Below, in pieces: positions 13,801-28,568 of a DNA stretch of 64,000 nucleotides (position 1 is its first letter; each line of letters begins with the position of its first letter). A model generated the notes under the pieces. It ran no database searches and was not told the origin of the DNA. It saw only the letters and a program-made list of their open reading frames with translations. The DNA is from Nageia nagi (taxonomy: Eukaryota > Plantae > Pinophyta): positions 115,382,001 to 115,446,000 of the forward strand of contig JBITNC010000001.1 of NCBI GenBank assembly GCA_050084985.1, given 5' to 3'. Both the position numbers and the translations under genes were made by a program.

Positions 13801-16800
13801 AATTTTTCCTATAATCTATTTTTTTGTAACTCATTTAGCATAAAAATATTACGGTAAACATCCAAAGAATTTATATACATATATTCTATTTTATGTCATT
13901 TGTATGATAGATTACAATTCAAGTATTTTTATTTTATTTTTAAACATTATTTTTAGCCTTTAAGTATTTATTAATTTGTGGATCAACTCATTACATGCAC
14001 CTTCTTATTTTACAACTATGTTAATTCAATTTACATCTACAAATGGTAGAATCAAATGAAAACTTTCTACAAAATTTGAAAGAGTGATTTTTGAAGATAC
14101 ATGGCTTGTGTTTTTTTTTTTTTTTTAATTTCTTCTTCCTACATCATTTTTAATTATTTAAATATATTTTTAATTTGAATTATCATTTTTTTGAATAAAA
14201 TTCATGGTTCAATTACATTCTTTATAAAAAACTATTTAGATTGAGAAATATTTGACATCAAAATTGTTAATGCTTTCTATTTCTTGTATAAAAGAAGATA
14301 ACATACATTCTAGTTTTGTGTTATCCAATTATAATATACAAATATTTACTATTGTTATATTTTAAAGTTTTTTATATTTTGAGTCATTGGGATAATTAGT
14401 CCTCTCAAGGAGAGAAGATTAATTCCTTATTACTTACATGTTGGTGGTTCTCCTAGTGAGTTCCACCTTACAATATATATTAACAATAAGCATCAATAAT
14501 AACCTCCACATTAACTTATTATCATACCCAAACTTGAGATCAAATTTATCTTGGAAGGTTATAAGATATTATTTAAAATTATTGTATCCATTGAACAAGT
14601 AAAATAGTTAATTTTTATAATCTATTGGCATTGGAACCTTGGGATTTCTCCTAAGAGGTAAATTTTATTTGTACTATCAAAGTCATATGCAATCTCAAAT
14701 TTCTTTTCTATACCTAATATTACTAATATTATTTTTTTCCATATTTCCTTAATTGAATCACTTATTAATTTGAGCTACTTTGACCTTCTTATGTATTTCA
14801 ATTTTATCTATCATTTTGATCTTTATTATTAATATTTTTTGATTAAATTATTTCTTATAAGGAAAAATAACCTCTTCAACCAAAATATTCTAATTCAAAT
14901 ATTTCTTTGATCATGTCTACATTATCAATTTCTTTTTGGGTTCTTTTTTTAAAAAATCTAAATGATTTTGAGGTATAAATAAATAGTTAACTCTCTAAAA
15001 ATTATACATAAATTAAAATAATTTTATAATATAATAATTATCAAATAATATTTTATCATTGTAATGGTGGTGGGTGTATAAATTATTACATGCAAATGTT
15101 AGATGATAGTAGATCGATAGAAATGGGACCTAAGCTCAATGATGAAAAGGTAGGATGAGACACATCTCTTAAGAGATAGGGATGAGTCATGATGAAGAAT
15201 GGAGTTCATTGGAAATCTTGTATGGAAATCTCTTGAATCATATAATTCACTTAAGAAGAGAAGTTTAATGGTATAATTACAAATAGAGCATTGAATTCAA
15301 CATATACTTATATTGACTACAATGACTGGAATGGATTGTTATGCATGTGCTAAGGTTCATCAAATGGAAAGCCTCAATTTGAGTTATTTAGCCAAGGTGA
15401 TGGATATGACTTGCATGAAAGTAATAAATATATAAGGAGAGGGTGTGCTATCTTCCATGTAGAGCTATTTGTGTTTTGGAGCTTTTCAATACTCTTGAGC
15501 ATAGTTATATATGTCTCCCACTAAATATAGTCTCCATATCTTGAGGTTAATAAAAAGAACAAGCAAATCCTATATTAGACCAATTAGATGCATTTCTTGA
15601 AGTTATTTTGAAAGAAACATGAAAATTAAGTCCTCCACTTGTATTTATTATGTAAGGAGGGTAAAGTAGGAAAGAAATATCATTCCTTCATTATTAACAC
15701 ATTAATCATTTCAAAATTAATGGGATTCCGTTTGTAGTGAGATAAATTTATTAGGGAGAAGTACTCACTTGCTATTGATATGAAGGTGTTATGTGTCAAT
15801 ATTCATATTCTACAAAGGATGCAAGGAGGGATCAATTGATATTTCTTACCATTGAAGTGGAAAAATATAATAATAATAGTAATATAATATATAATCTTAG
15901 ACAACCAAGCTCCCATTGATATTACTCTTAAGCATATTATAGAGGGGTAACAAGGTTAATATATACCTTTCCATTTATTTTATTGCCTTCAAAAGTTGAT
16001 TTTGGAGCTCAAGGATGGATAATTTATTGGACCATACTACCAAGGTTTTTTGTACATCTTATTCAACCATGAGGATTTGAGTAAGTAAAACATAATCAAT
16101 TTCTAGGATTTTAGTATGAATATTCAGATGAGGAATCAAAGGAGGAGATGTTTAAAGGATAAAAAATTTTAAATATTGATAAATAATGACCTAACATAGG
16201 ATAAAATTTAATGCCTAACAAAGAGATGACCTTGATACGAAAAGACACCATGCATAGATTATGTCAATGGGTATAGAGAGTTGCTCTCAAGGAGAAAAAA
16301 AAAAGAATATAGAGGATATTTTTAAGGTTTAAAAATTGAATCCACCCCAAAAAAAAAACTATACCTATCTCAAGGAGAATATTCCAATTTGAATCTCTCT
16401 AAGATGATTTTGGGAACTCCAACAAGGAGTTTACCTAAGGAAATGGAGGAATGGGTATGCTTTCTATAGGTTTTGATCAAGGCTATTCAAGCTTCTTTTT
16501 CCCATGTTAAACAAATATTTAGTGATCTTGAATACTAGCTCAAGAAAGGAAAAGAAACCATTAAGGAGAGCCTATCTCCATGAAACATGAAGGTGAAGGG
16601 TAAGGCCTTATCTTAATACCTTATCTTTAGGAAATCTATTTGGTTTTTATGTTTTAGGTCTTGACTATAGTTTATTTTTACATGTACGTTTTGAACATGA
16701 GTAACTCAAAACCATATTAACTTTCTTTTTATATTTCTTTTTATTTTTTATGAAGAAGACATATAAAATATGTGGATAATGTAAAAGGTATTGAGTCCTT

Positions 16801-19800
16801 TCAAAATACTTATTTCTATTATATATTAAAAACTTAAATGTTAATTTGTTTAATAATAATAAAAAGATATAACAATATTAAAGATAGATCAATATGGTAC
16901 ACTTTCTAATCTATGGAATATAATATATTTGTAAAAAGTATAATTGAGTAGGAATAATAATCCTATATATATCATACATAAATATAAAACATGAAAACTT
17001 ATACTTTTTCATCTAATTGAGACAAATATCACACCTTTATGAAGCTTTGAAAGCTCTCCCTTATGATTTTTATGAACTAGGATTTTGAGGTTTATCTTAA
17101 ATATTTCAAGAGGTTAGGACTAACCATACTGTTAATTAATATTTTTCTCCTCCCAATAAGGTAGTTGAGTAAAGTAAAAAATGAATAAGAGAATGAATCA
17201 AATATGCATTCAATATCTAAAAGGGAAAAACTAATATCATAATGATAATAGAAATTAAAGCCAAGAGTTATCATAAAAATTTGTAGATAAAAAATCCTAA
17301 AAATAAGATTGATGAAAGTATTGAAATATTTTAAGAATAATAATGATGTTTAGTTTCTTCTAGAATTATATTATGGAAAAAGTTATAGGGGCTATTAGAT
17401 GTGGTTATGACTTCTACTATAGGGTATGACTCCTCTAATTTAGTTTAAAAGGCTATAGATTGGTACCAAATAAGTTTTAATGTACAATAATATTGTAGAA
17501 GCATCTTATTCAATTATTTATCCTTGCATTAATGATCATGGAGATGTTATGGAGCTTGTAGATCAAGGCATATAAGAATTTTATTCTTTTTCTCATTAAG
17601 AAGGTTGATATTTTAACATATGGTCAAGATTTCTATCCGCACTTGAAGTATGAATTACATTTTGATTTGAAAATCTTATTTTATAAAATTTAAAAATAAA
17701 TAATTATTATTTCTTTTAAATGTTTTACTTTCTCATTTAAAAAATTACATGTTACCTAATGTGGATTAAGCTATATAATACCTCTTGATTATGTTCAATG
17801 CTAACAAATATATGTCAAACAAAACAAAATATGGAGACACACAATGCTTTAAGAAAGGTTAAATTTGGTATTTGGATAAAGACTTCTAATTCTTAAATGA
17901 AATCAACCATGTTGTATTCAATATGGTGAGCCTATTTTCATGGAATAAAGCATGATAACTACTCCTTAAGAAGTTATAATTTCCAACAAATTGGATATCT
18001 GAAAAGGAAATGTATCAAATTGGTCTCTAATACCATAGTCTCTCAATTTTAGGGTGAAGTTGGTATTAAGGAGATATATCAATCATATGAAAAAGAAAAA
18101 GGATATCTCTTAGTGTACATAAATGAATCAAGAAAATTCAAAATCCAAGGAGAAAATACAAAGGCAGATAGCGTAGATATAAGAGACAATAAGAAAATGA
18201 AGAATAATGTAATAGAACTACCTTAGAAGAATACAACATAAATAGAGAATACACATAAGAATGGTCCAACTTAAATAAAAAAGGAAAAGAGGGAACAATT
18301 TTGATCCCATGGTATTTCAAGTTTTGAGTCCACGAGGTAATATTTTTAGAGTCAAATATGGACAATAATATTTTTAGAGTCAAATCTAGGCTACAAATTT
18401 GGAATCAAATTTAAAGCATAAGCTTATAATATTTATGAAAGAAATGGTTAATATAAATATAATGTTAAAATAAAACTTCCTAGCCCCACTTGAAATCAGT
18501 AATTAATTTAAACATAATCAATATCAAAATCTTATGCATATTCTCCAGTGAGTTATGTTGTATAAAATCATTAGTTTTATATATATTATATATAATGTCT
18601 TTCCTCCTTATCCAACTAGAAACTATAAATTAGTTTAAAAACTCTATGATAAGATATGCAATCATTGGTGATTATTTTATAATAGGTCTTTTGAAGGTGG
18701 ATTGCTTATATGTTTTACTCCAAATGGAACACTCATCACTATTGAATAAGCACATCAATTAATCTATGTTGAACACTTTAGTAATAATATTATTAGTAAG
18801 AAACTAATTAGAATGAGTTCATATTGGCTAATCACAAATAAATATTTTTATGGGGTAGCATTGGCCAAACATAAATAATTATATAAATAGTGGCAACAAA
18901 ATACAAATATAAGGCATTCTCTTTAAGACTAAAATAATATAACATCCCCTTAACCATTATCAATATAAGAGGTTGACTTAGTATGGATCATTGATCCAAT
19001 ATATTCAAAAGGGTAAAATTTTATCCTTAAAAGTAGAAGATATTTTACTAATTAAGTAAAACTAGCTTCACTTATTTTAATTTAAAAAGATGATGTAATA
19101 AATTTTATCATGACATACACTCAATCAGTTTTTGACTACCTTCCACTATTATATAATAGAGTAAAGGAAGTTCAAATAATAAATTAAATTTTATAAAAAG
19201 TATCTTATTTAATACAAGATGTTAACTCCATGTTATACAATAAGAAAAACCATCTTTTTTAATTGATGAATGTCCTATCATATGTAGTTAATATATATCA
19301 AAATAATTGATATACAAACTTATATATAATATTATAGGCAAGTACAAAATAAGAATTAGAACTTCATCACGAGTAATACCTTATTTATTGGTGTATGGTG
19401 AGGAAGTAATGATGCCTTGTAGAATTTAAAATTCTTTTAGGAAGAATTTTTTTAAGGACCATAATCTCATATAGTATAATCTAGAAGTCAAATTTTAATA
19501 ACTACAAAACCATGATAAAAAAATAAATTAATGTGTTTGAATATTTGGGATATACCATAAGAGATAATAAAGTGTAAAAAACACCTAAATAATAGAATTA
19601 TAACTAAAGGACACCATACATATTGAAAATTAAAAAAATAAATAAAGAAAAAATAAAAATAGAAATCACACATACAAAGCATAAAAAGATAAACCCACTT
19701 CAGGGGAGTTGAAGAGAAAAGTAGGTTAAAACTCTAAATATGGAGATCCTAAGTTCCAATTTCTCCACCCCTTGGATTGCAAATATATAGGATGTATATC

Positions 19801-20110
19801 ACTTACCATGGTGCATAAACATATAGAATATATAACACTTACCATGGTGTAGTTACATCATTTTCCCTAATTCCTAGAAATAAAATTGTTCAAAAAAAGA
19901 AGTTAATATTTATAATAGTAATAATTAAATACTTGATCCTCACATTATCATAAATCAAATTAAATTTGAAACTTAAAAGCTAAATACAATATATATTATT
20001 CATCTCAAGAAGATTTATAATATTACTATATATCTTTAAGATCTATTTTACTATATTATTTATCTTTACCATCTAATATTCCCTTTTTATCTTACATTTT
20101 TCCTTGGTAG
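13636..20110. repeat. Tandem duplication unit 1 (~6.5 kb, mostly AT-rich decayed repeat DNA)
   Basis: Collinear with 20111-28522 along its length (e.g. 14044 TGGTAGAATCAAATGAAAAC = ~20490; 18950 CCCCTTAACCATTATCAATATAAGAGG = ~27460). Roughly 85% identity by eye. Confidence 0.95.
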
Positions 20111-20357
20111 GTTCCAAAACCATGCTTATGGCTTTTGAAATGAATTATTTTTATTGTAATAGCATGCTTTGCCATTCCCTTGGAGGTTTTGGTTCTGATC
20201 TCATTCTTTCTTTGTTTTTCACATTGGTTTGGGCATTGGGTTGCAATTTGCCTGAATTTTACATGTGTTATATTCAAATTTCACACATAATATATTTTAT
20301 GTTACTCACTTAGCACAAAAATGTTAGGGTATATTCAAAATTATTATATATCTAAAG

Positions 20358-20381
20358 ATATATATATATATATATATATAT
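20358..20381. repeat. (AT)12 microsatellite
   Basis: Read directly; not expanded at the equivalent position in unit 1. Confidence 0.9.
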
Positions 20382-23300
20382 CTTTTTAAACATTAGTTTT
20401 AGTCTTTAAGTAATTATGAATTTATGGATCAACTCACTACATGCACCTTCCTATTTTGAAACTATGTTAATTCACCTTAAATCTACCATTGGTAGAATCA
20501 AATGAAAACATTCTACAACATTTGAAAGAGTGATCTTTGATAATACATGGCTTGTAATTATTTTTTTAAATTCCTTATTCTTTTATCCTTTTTAATTATT
20601 TAAATATATTTTTAATTAGAATTATCTTTTTTTTTGCTACACAAATCATTGTTCAATTACAATCTTTATAGAAAACTATTTAGATGGAGAAAAATTTGAT
20701 ATAAAACTTGTTCATGCTTTCCATTCTTATATAAAAGAAGATAACATACATTCTAATTTTGTGTTATCCAATTATAATATAGAAATATTTATTATTTTTA
20801 TATTTTAAATTTTTTTATATTTTGAGTACTTGGGATAATTATTCCTCTCAATGAGAGAAGACTAATACCTTATTACTTACATATTGGTGGTTCTCCTAGT
20901 GAGTTCAGCCTTACAACATATATTAACAATAAAAAGAAATAAACATCAATAAGAATCTTCACATTAACTTATTACCATACCCAAACTTGAGATGAGATTT
21001 ATCTTGTAAGGTTAAAAGATATTATTTGAAATTACTATATCCATTAAACAAATCAAATATTTAATTTTTATAATCTATTTGCATTGGAAATTTAATGATT
21101 TATCATGAGAGATAACATTTATTTGTACTATTAGAGTCATATGCAACATCAAATTTCTTTTTTATACCTAATATTACTAATATTATTTGTTTCCATTTTG
21201 AATCCTTAATTGAGTCACTTATTAATTTGAGCTACTTTGACCTCCTTATATATTTTAATTTTATCTATCATTTTGATATTTATTATTATTATTTGTTTAT
21301 TGAATTATTTCTTATAAGAAAAAATAAACCTCCCTAACAACCCTAATTTCATTCAAATTTTTATTTGATCATGTATACATTATCCATTTTATTTTTGGGT
21401 TATTTTTTTAAAACTTAAATGATATCAAGGTATAAGTATATACTTAAATTTATAAAATTATACATAAAATAAAATAATTTTAGAATATATTAATTAATAA
21501 ATAATATTGTATCATTGTAGTTGTGGTGGGTGTATAAATTATCATATATAGATGTTAGATGATAGTAGATAGATGGAAATGGGAATTGAACTTAATGATG
21601 AAAAGGTAAGATGAGACACATCCCTCTAGAGAGAAGGATGAGCCATGATGAAGCAATGAGTTCATTGGGAATCTTATTTGCAAATTTCTTGACTCATATT
21701 ATTCACTTAATGAGAGAAGTTTAATGGTATTTTTACAGATAAAGGATCAAATTCAAGATATACTTAGCCAAGGTGATGTATATAACCTAAAGGTAAAGTA
21801 ATAAGTACATAATAAGAGGGTGTGGCATATTCCATGTAGAGCTACTGGTGGTTTGGAACTCTTTAATACTATTGAGCATAGTTATAATTATATTCTACTA
21901 CATAGAGTCTCCATCTCTTGAGGTTGAGAAAAAGAATAAATAAATCCTATATTAGACCAATTAGATGTATGTATTGGAGTTAGTTTGAAAGAAACATGAG
22001 AATTTATCCCTACAATTGGATTAGTTATCGAAGGAGTGGAAAGTAGAAGATACATATCATTACTTCATTATTAACACATTCCTCATTTCAAAAGTTATGG
22101 GATTCCCTTGGTGGCGAGATAAATTTATTAGGGAGAACTATTCCATTGCTATTGATATGAAGGTGTTATGTGTCAATATTCATATTCTACAAAAGATGAA
22201 AGGAAGGATCAATTGATATTTCTTATCATAGAAGTGTGAAAACATAATCATAATAGTAATATAATATATAATATTAGACAAAGAAGCTTCCATTATTTGT
22301 AGCTTCTATCTATCATTCTTAAGCATATTATAGAGGGGTAACAAGGTTAATATATACCTTTCCATTTATTTTATCCCCTCCAAAAGTTGATTTTGAAAAT
22401 TAAGGATGGATAATTTATTGGACCATACTACCAAGGTTTTTTGTACATCTTATTCAACCATAAGGATTTTAATAAGTAAAACCTAATCCATTTTTGGGAC
22501 TGTACTATGCATATTCAAGTGAGGAATAAAAGGAGTAGATAGTTTTTCTCAAGGAAAAAAAATGACTATGGAGGATATTTTGAATTTTAAAAATTGAATC
22601 CACCCCAAAAAAGAAACTCCAACAAGGATTTCATCCAAGGAAATGATGAATGTATGTGCTTTCTCTAGTTAATGTTCAAGGCTACTCAATCTTCCTTGTT
22701 CCATATTAAAAAAATACTGAGTGATCTTGAAGACTAGTTTAGGAAAGGAAAAGAGACAATATTTTGGAGAGCCTATCTCTAAGAAAAATGAAGGGGAAGG
22801 ATAAGGACTTCTCTTAATACCTTATCTTTATAAAATCTATTTCTTTTTTATGTTTTAGCTCTTGACTATTGTTTATTTTTACATGTTTATTTTGAATAGG
22901 AGTAACTCATAACCATATTAACTTCCTTTTAATAATTTTTTATTTTTACGAATAAGAAACATAAAATATGTGGATAGTGTAAAACATATTGATTCCTTTA
23001 AAAAATACTTATTTTAATTATCTATAAAAAACTTAAATGTTAGTTTATTTAATAATAAAAAATAGATAGAATAATATTAAATATAGGTCAATATGTTACA
23101 CCTTAAAATCCATGTAATATTAGATATTTATAACAAGTATAATTGAATAGGAATAATAATCCTATATATAGCATGCATAAATATGAAACATGAAAAATTA
23201 TACTTTTTCATATAATTGAGATAAATATCACCCCTGTATGGACCTTTTAAAGCTCTCCCATATGATTTTTATGAACTAGTATTTGGAGGTTTATCTTAAA

Positions 23301-23530
23301 TATTTCAACGGTTTAGGAATAGCCATAATATTAATCAAGATCCTTCCCCTCCCAATAATTTATTTGAGTAAACTAAAAATTTAATAAAAGAATGACTCAA
23401 ATATGCATTTGATACCTAAAAGGGAAAAACTAATATCATAATGATCATACAAATTAAGGCAAAGAGTTATCATAACAATTTGTAGATAAAAAATCATAAA
23501 AATAAGATTGATGAAAGTATTGAAATATTT

Positions 23531-23553
23531 TAATAATAATAATAATAATAATA
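23531..23553. repeat. (TAA)n microsatellite
   Basis: Read directly; shorter in unit 1 (~17335). Confidence 0.85.
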
Positions 23554-26500
23554 TTCATTTTATTTCAGAATTATATTATGGGAGAAGTTATAGGGGCTAT
23601 TTAATGTGGTTATAAGTTCTATAATAGGGTATGACTACTCTAATTTAGTTAAAAAACTATAGATTGGTACCAAATAAGTTTAAATTTAGCATAATAGTGT
23701 AGAAGAATATTATTCAATTATTTATCCTTGCATTGATGATAATGGAGAATTTATAGAGCTTGTAGATCAAGATATATAAAAATTTTATTCTTTTTCTCAT
23801 TAAGACGGTTGATGTTTTAAAACATGATCAAGATTTCTATTCATACTTGAAGTATGATTTAAATTTAGATTTGAAAATATTCTTTTATAAAAATTAAATA
23901 TTAATTATTATTATTTCTTTTAAACTTTTTACTCTATCATTGAAAAACTTACATGTTACCTACTGTGGATTAAGCTATAATACCTCTTTATTGAGTTCAG
24001 TGCTAACAAATCTATGTCAAACACAAGAGAATATGGATACACACCATGATTTAGGCAAAGCTAAATTCAGTATTTGGATGAATACTTCTACTCCCTGATT
24101 GAAATGAACCATGTTGTATTCAATATGGAAAACCTATGTTCATGGAATAAAGTATGATAACTACTCCTTAAGAAGTTATAATTTCTAATAAATTGGGCAT
24201 ATGAAAAGGAATTATATAAAATTGATCTCTAAGACCATAATCTCTCCATTTAGGGGTGAATTTGGTATTAAGAAGAAATATCTATCAGTGGAAAAGAATA
24301 ACTATGTCTCTCATTGTACATAAATGGATGAGGAAAAATTTAAATCCAAGGAGAAAATGCGAAGGGAGCTAATGTAGATATAAGAGAAGTTAGAAAATAA
24401 AGCATAATGTAAAAGAACTAATACACCATAAATAGAGAATACACATAACAATGATCTAACATAAATCTAAAGGAAAAATATGAAAGAATCTTGATCCCAT
24501 GGCATTTAAGGTTTTGATTCTAGGAAGAAATATTTTTAGAGTTAAATAGGGATGATAATTTTTTTAGAGTGAAATATAAGCTACAACTTTGAAATCAAAT
24601 TTAAAGTACAAGATTATAATATTTGTGAAAGAAAAGGTTAATATACATATTATGTTAAAAGGAAAATTCCTATGAATAGTAGTTAATATGATGTATTATC
24701 TTAAGAATTTAACTTCTTTACTATATCGAAACAAGGAAATGATCCACTTTATTTTCCATGTATTATTACAATAATGATTATATTTTAAGTAAAAGGTTAC
24801 CATAGAGTCTTTTAGTACTCTAGATTTTCAATTAATACATTTACTATTTGATAAAAAAATATTTTCTTAAAATAGTAAATAGCTTAAAATACCTAAATTT
24901 GGTATTTAATTAAATATAAAAATCAACTTCAAGTGAGTATATTTTAGATCATAACATTGATGATTTTCACTATGTAGTTAATATAATCGAATATCATAAG
25001 TAGTAATTATTATATAAAAAATGGTAGAGTTTCATGCATAAATTCCCTAATATGATTTTTTTGAAAAGAATGAAGTACTACTAAAATTCATAGGTGCAAA
25101 ATGTGTGTCCCTTCCTTAAAAAAAAAAAAAAGAGATATAGCTAGTATTTTAAATGTAAATATTTATTTTGTTTAAAATAATCATGCATAATCAAGATACA
25201 TATAAAAATATTAATTCGTATACACTATGTAATCTTTATATTACTTCTTAATGAAGAAACCACTAACATTAACCATGGTACTAATGATAAATCTTGGATT
25301 ATGAAATTAGGTATATATTTGAATCATTTACTTTCCTATGTTGATATCTTTACTCTGTCTTATATTTATATACCAAGTATCAATCTATCATGAGTAATGA
25401 AAAATTTATTTCTTAATAAAGATACAAATTAGTGAAATAAATATAGAAAAAAATGCATTCTAGGGTATCCTTATTGATAAAAAAGAATTAGGGTGGTTGC
25501 AAGAGGTTGGGTCCATTTTAATGTCAAAAAGTGGAAAGTATTTTCCTTGATTTTCAATTTTGGGTATGATTGATCTCCAAATTCAAAGAACTTGGATGTG
25601 GAATCATGAAAAGCATCACTTATATGAAAATGTATTTCTCAAAGTCTTATTTTCAAATATATAATTTATTCCAATACCCAGATCATAGAATTTAAAATTC
25701 GATAGAATGAACAAAAATCACTTTTTTTAAAAAACCATTTTTGGACCATACCATGCATGTGTCTGTCCCACATAATTTGACTAAATTCAAGGTATTTTTT
25801 AAAATCCTTTTAGTCAAAAGTACCTAATACATTGGAGCTTTTCCTAAATATTGTTCCATAATTTTTCATTAATTTTTTTTTATTAATTTTGTATGAGGCA
25901 TGTTTGTGGTTTCAAAAGGTGCTTATGTTCATCCGACATAATTCGATATAAACTTAATATTTTTTCAATTTTTTTTTAATTCTTGTAGAGAATTATGTGA
26001 AGCTTGTCCCTATATAATGCTTTTTTCATAACTCCCCCAAAAGAAACTTATTAAGAAAATATGAGAACAACATATTTCAAGTATATGGACCACTTATACT
26101 AAAAAATAATTGAAGAATATTAAATCTTATCCAATTGTAATAAATGAATGCATATTTGAAATCTACACTCTTTAATCTATAGTGTGTTTTAATTTCATGA
26201 AATAATTCTACCAAAAACTCCATCAAACATATGCCTAAAGTTGAGATTTTCCATTAACATTGCCATGAACATTATTAACAAAATATTTTATGATAGGATA
26301 TATGAGATGAATTAACTAATAATCTTGGACTTATCCCATTGTATTAATAGATAGGCCAAATGGAGAAATTGAAAAAAATTAATTGATTTTAGGGATATCA
26401 ATAAAGGTTTCCAAAAAATAACTCCATCTTAAAATGTTATGGTAGTTTGAAGTTTGCACTTGTGCATAGAATAATATCCTAAAAATAACAAAGAAATGGA

Positions 26501-27079
26501 TAAAAATGGTATCTTAATGTTAGAAAAAGTATTTCATAAGGATTCTTCTCTTATTTCCTAAAAATCATTCCCTTTATGAAATATAGATATGATTATAAAT
26601 TTTATTACAAAATATGATTTGTTTTCACTAAGAGATAGATTTTATTTATATTATTAATTTGAAATCAATAATGTTGGTTATTTCCTAAGGAGTTACTATT
26701 ATTATGGCCTTTAAATTAGTGTTAGTCACTAATAATATGGTAGGATATGTCTCACTCATTCTCAAACTAAAGATATGTATCATATTAAAAGTAAATAAAT
26801 TAAACATTTTGAGGACACAACTATTAATTTATGAGGTCTAATATACTTACTAAATGAAACATGATAAACATGATTCTTATAAAGAAATGGTAGATAATTT
26901 AGTTTTAAATTTTGATTATTTTTAAAACTCAAACATTACAAGGAATAATAATAAACATGTATATTCTATGTCTTATATAGCATCTCTAGCCTTAATTGAA
27001 ATCAATAATGAGTTTAAACATAATGAATATCAAAATATTATGCACATTCTCTAGTAAATTATGTTGTATAAAATCAACG

Positions 27080-27106
27080 TATATATATATATATATATAT
27101 ATATAT
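27080..27106. repeat. (TA)13 microsatellite
   Basis: Read directly; interrupted and shorter in unit 1 (~18580). Confidence 0.9.
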
Positions 27107-28568
27107 CATGTCTTTCCTCAACATCCAACTAGAAATGATATAATTAGTTTAAGAAATCTATGATAAGATGTGCAATTATTGGTGATTGTTTTATGAAAGG
27201 TCTTTTGAAGGTGCATTGCTTAGATGTTTTAGTCTAAATGGAACTCTCATCATTAATGAGTAAGCACATCAATTAATCTATGTTGAACACTTTAGTAATA
27301 ATATTATTAGTAAGAAACTAATTAGAATGGGTTGGCATAGGTTAATCATAAATAAAGATTGTTAAAGGGTAGTATTAGCTAAACATAAATAAATATACAT
27401 ATAGTTGCAATAAAATACAAATATAAGGCATTCTCTTTAAGAATTACATAATATAACATCCCCTTAACCATTATCAATATAAGAGGTTGACTTAGTATGG
27501 ATCATCGATCCAATATATTCAAAAGGATACAAGTTTATTCTTACAAGTAGAAGATATTTTACTAATTAAGTCAAGGTAGCTTCACTTATTTCAATTTAAA
27601 AAGATGATATAATAAATTCTATCATGACATATACTCAATAAGGTTTTGACTACCTTCCACCATTATATAATAGAATAAAGGAAGTTCAAATAATAAATTA
27701 AATTTTATAAAAAGTATCATATTTAATACAAAATGTTAATTCCATGTTATGCAATAAGCAAAACCATATTTTTTAATTGATGAATATCCTATCATATGTA
27801 GTTAATACAAATCAAAATAATTTGTATACAAACTTATATATAATATTATAGGCAAGTACAAAATAAGAATTAGAACTTCATTACGAGCTGGTGTATGGGG
27901 AGGAAGCAATGATGCCTCTTGGAATTGAAAATTGTTTTACAAAGAATTTCTTTAAGGACCATAATATCATATAGTATAATCTAGAAGTCAAATTTTAACA
28001 ACTACAAAAGCATGATAAAAAATATATTAATGCATTTGAATATTTGGGATATACCATAAGAGATAATAAAGTGTAAACAACACATAACAAATAGAATTTT
28101 AACTAAGGGACACCATACATATTGAAAATTAAAAAAATAAAAATAAAAACTTACACACAGAAAACATAAAAAGATAAACCCACTTAAGGGGAGTCGAAGA
28201 GAAGGATAGATTAAATTCTAAAGATGATCTCAAGTTCCAATTTCTATATCACTTACCATGGTGCACAGTTAGATCATTTTCCCTAATTCCTAGAAATAAA
28301 ATTTTTAAAACAAAGAAGTTAATAATATTAATAATAATAAAATACCTGATCCTGAAATTAAAAATCAAATTAAATTTGAAACTCAAAAGCTAACTATTAT
28401 CAATATTATGCATGTCAAGAAGATTTATAATATTACATCATATCTTACACATCTATTTTACTATAATATTTATCTTTACCATCTAATATTCCCTTTTTTA
28501 ACTTAACATTTTTCCTTGATAGGTCTAGCACACATAGCCATAATCACTTCTCGAGAAGGCCACATAAT

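Larger units (their letters stand above)
20111..28522. repeat. Tandem duplication unit 2 (contains a ~2.3-kb segment, 24673-26988, absent from unit 1)
   Basis: Starts GTTCCAAAACCA like 13636 and ends TTTTTCCTTGATAG like 20097-20110. Head-to-tail junction at 20110/20111. Confidence 0.95.

Noticed and set aside
18020-18040. CTCTAATACCAT resembling a reverse Met PBS
   Set aside because: No recognisable gag or paired LTR adjacent.
17092-19682. Short hydrophobic ORFs (17092, 18138, 19488)
   Set aside because: AT-rich chance ORFs; not listed as ORFs in the duplicate unit.
19695-19860. SINE-like head and short CACTTACCATGGTG direct repeat
   Set aside because: B box too degenerate; no tail or TSD.
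25488-26432. Possible non-autonomous DNA transposon inside the 2.3-kb segment
   Set aside because: Could not find convincing TIRs or a TSD.
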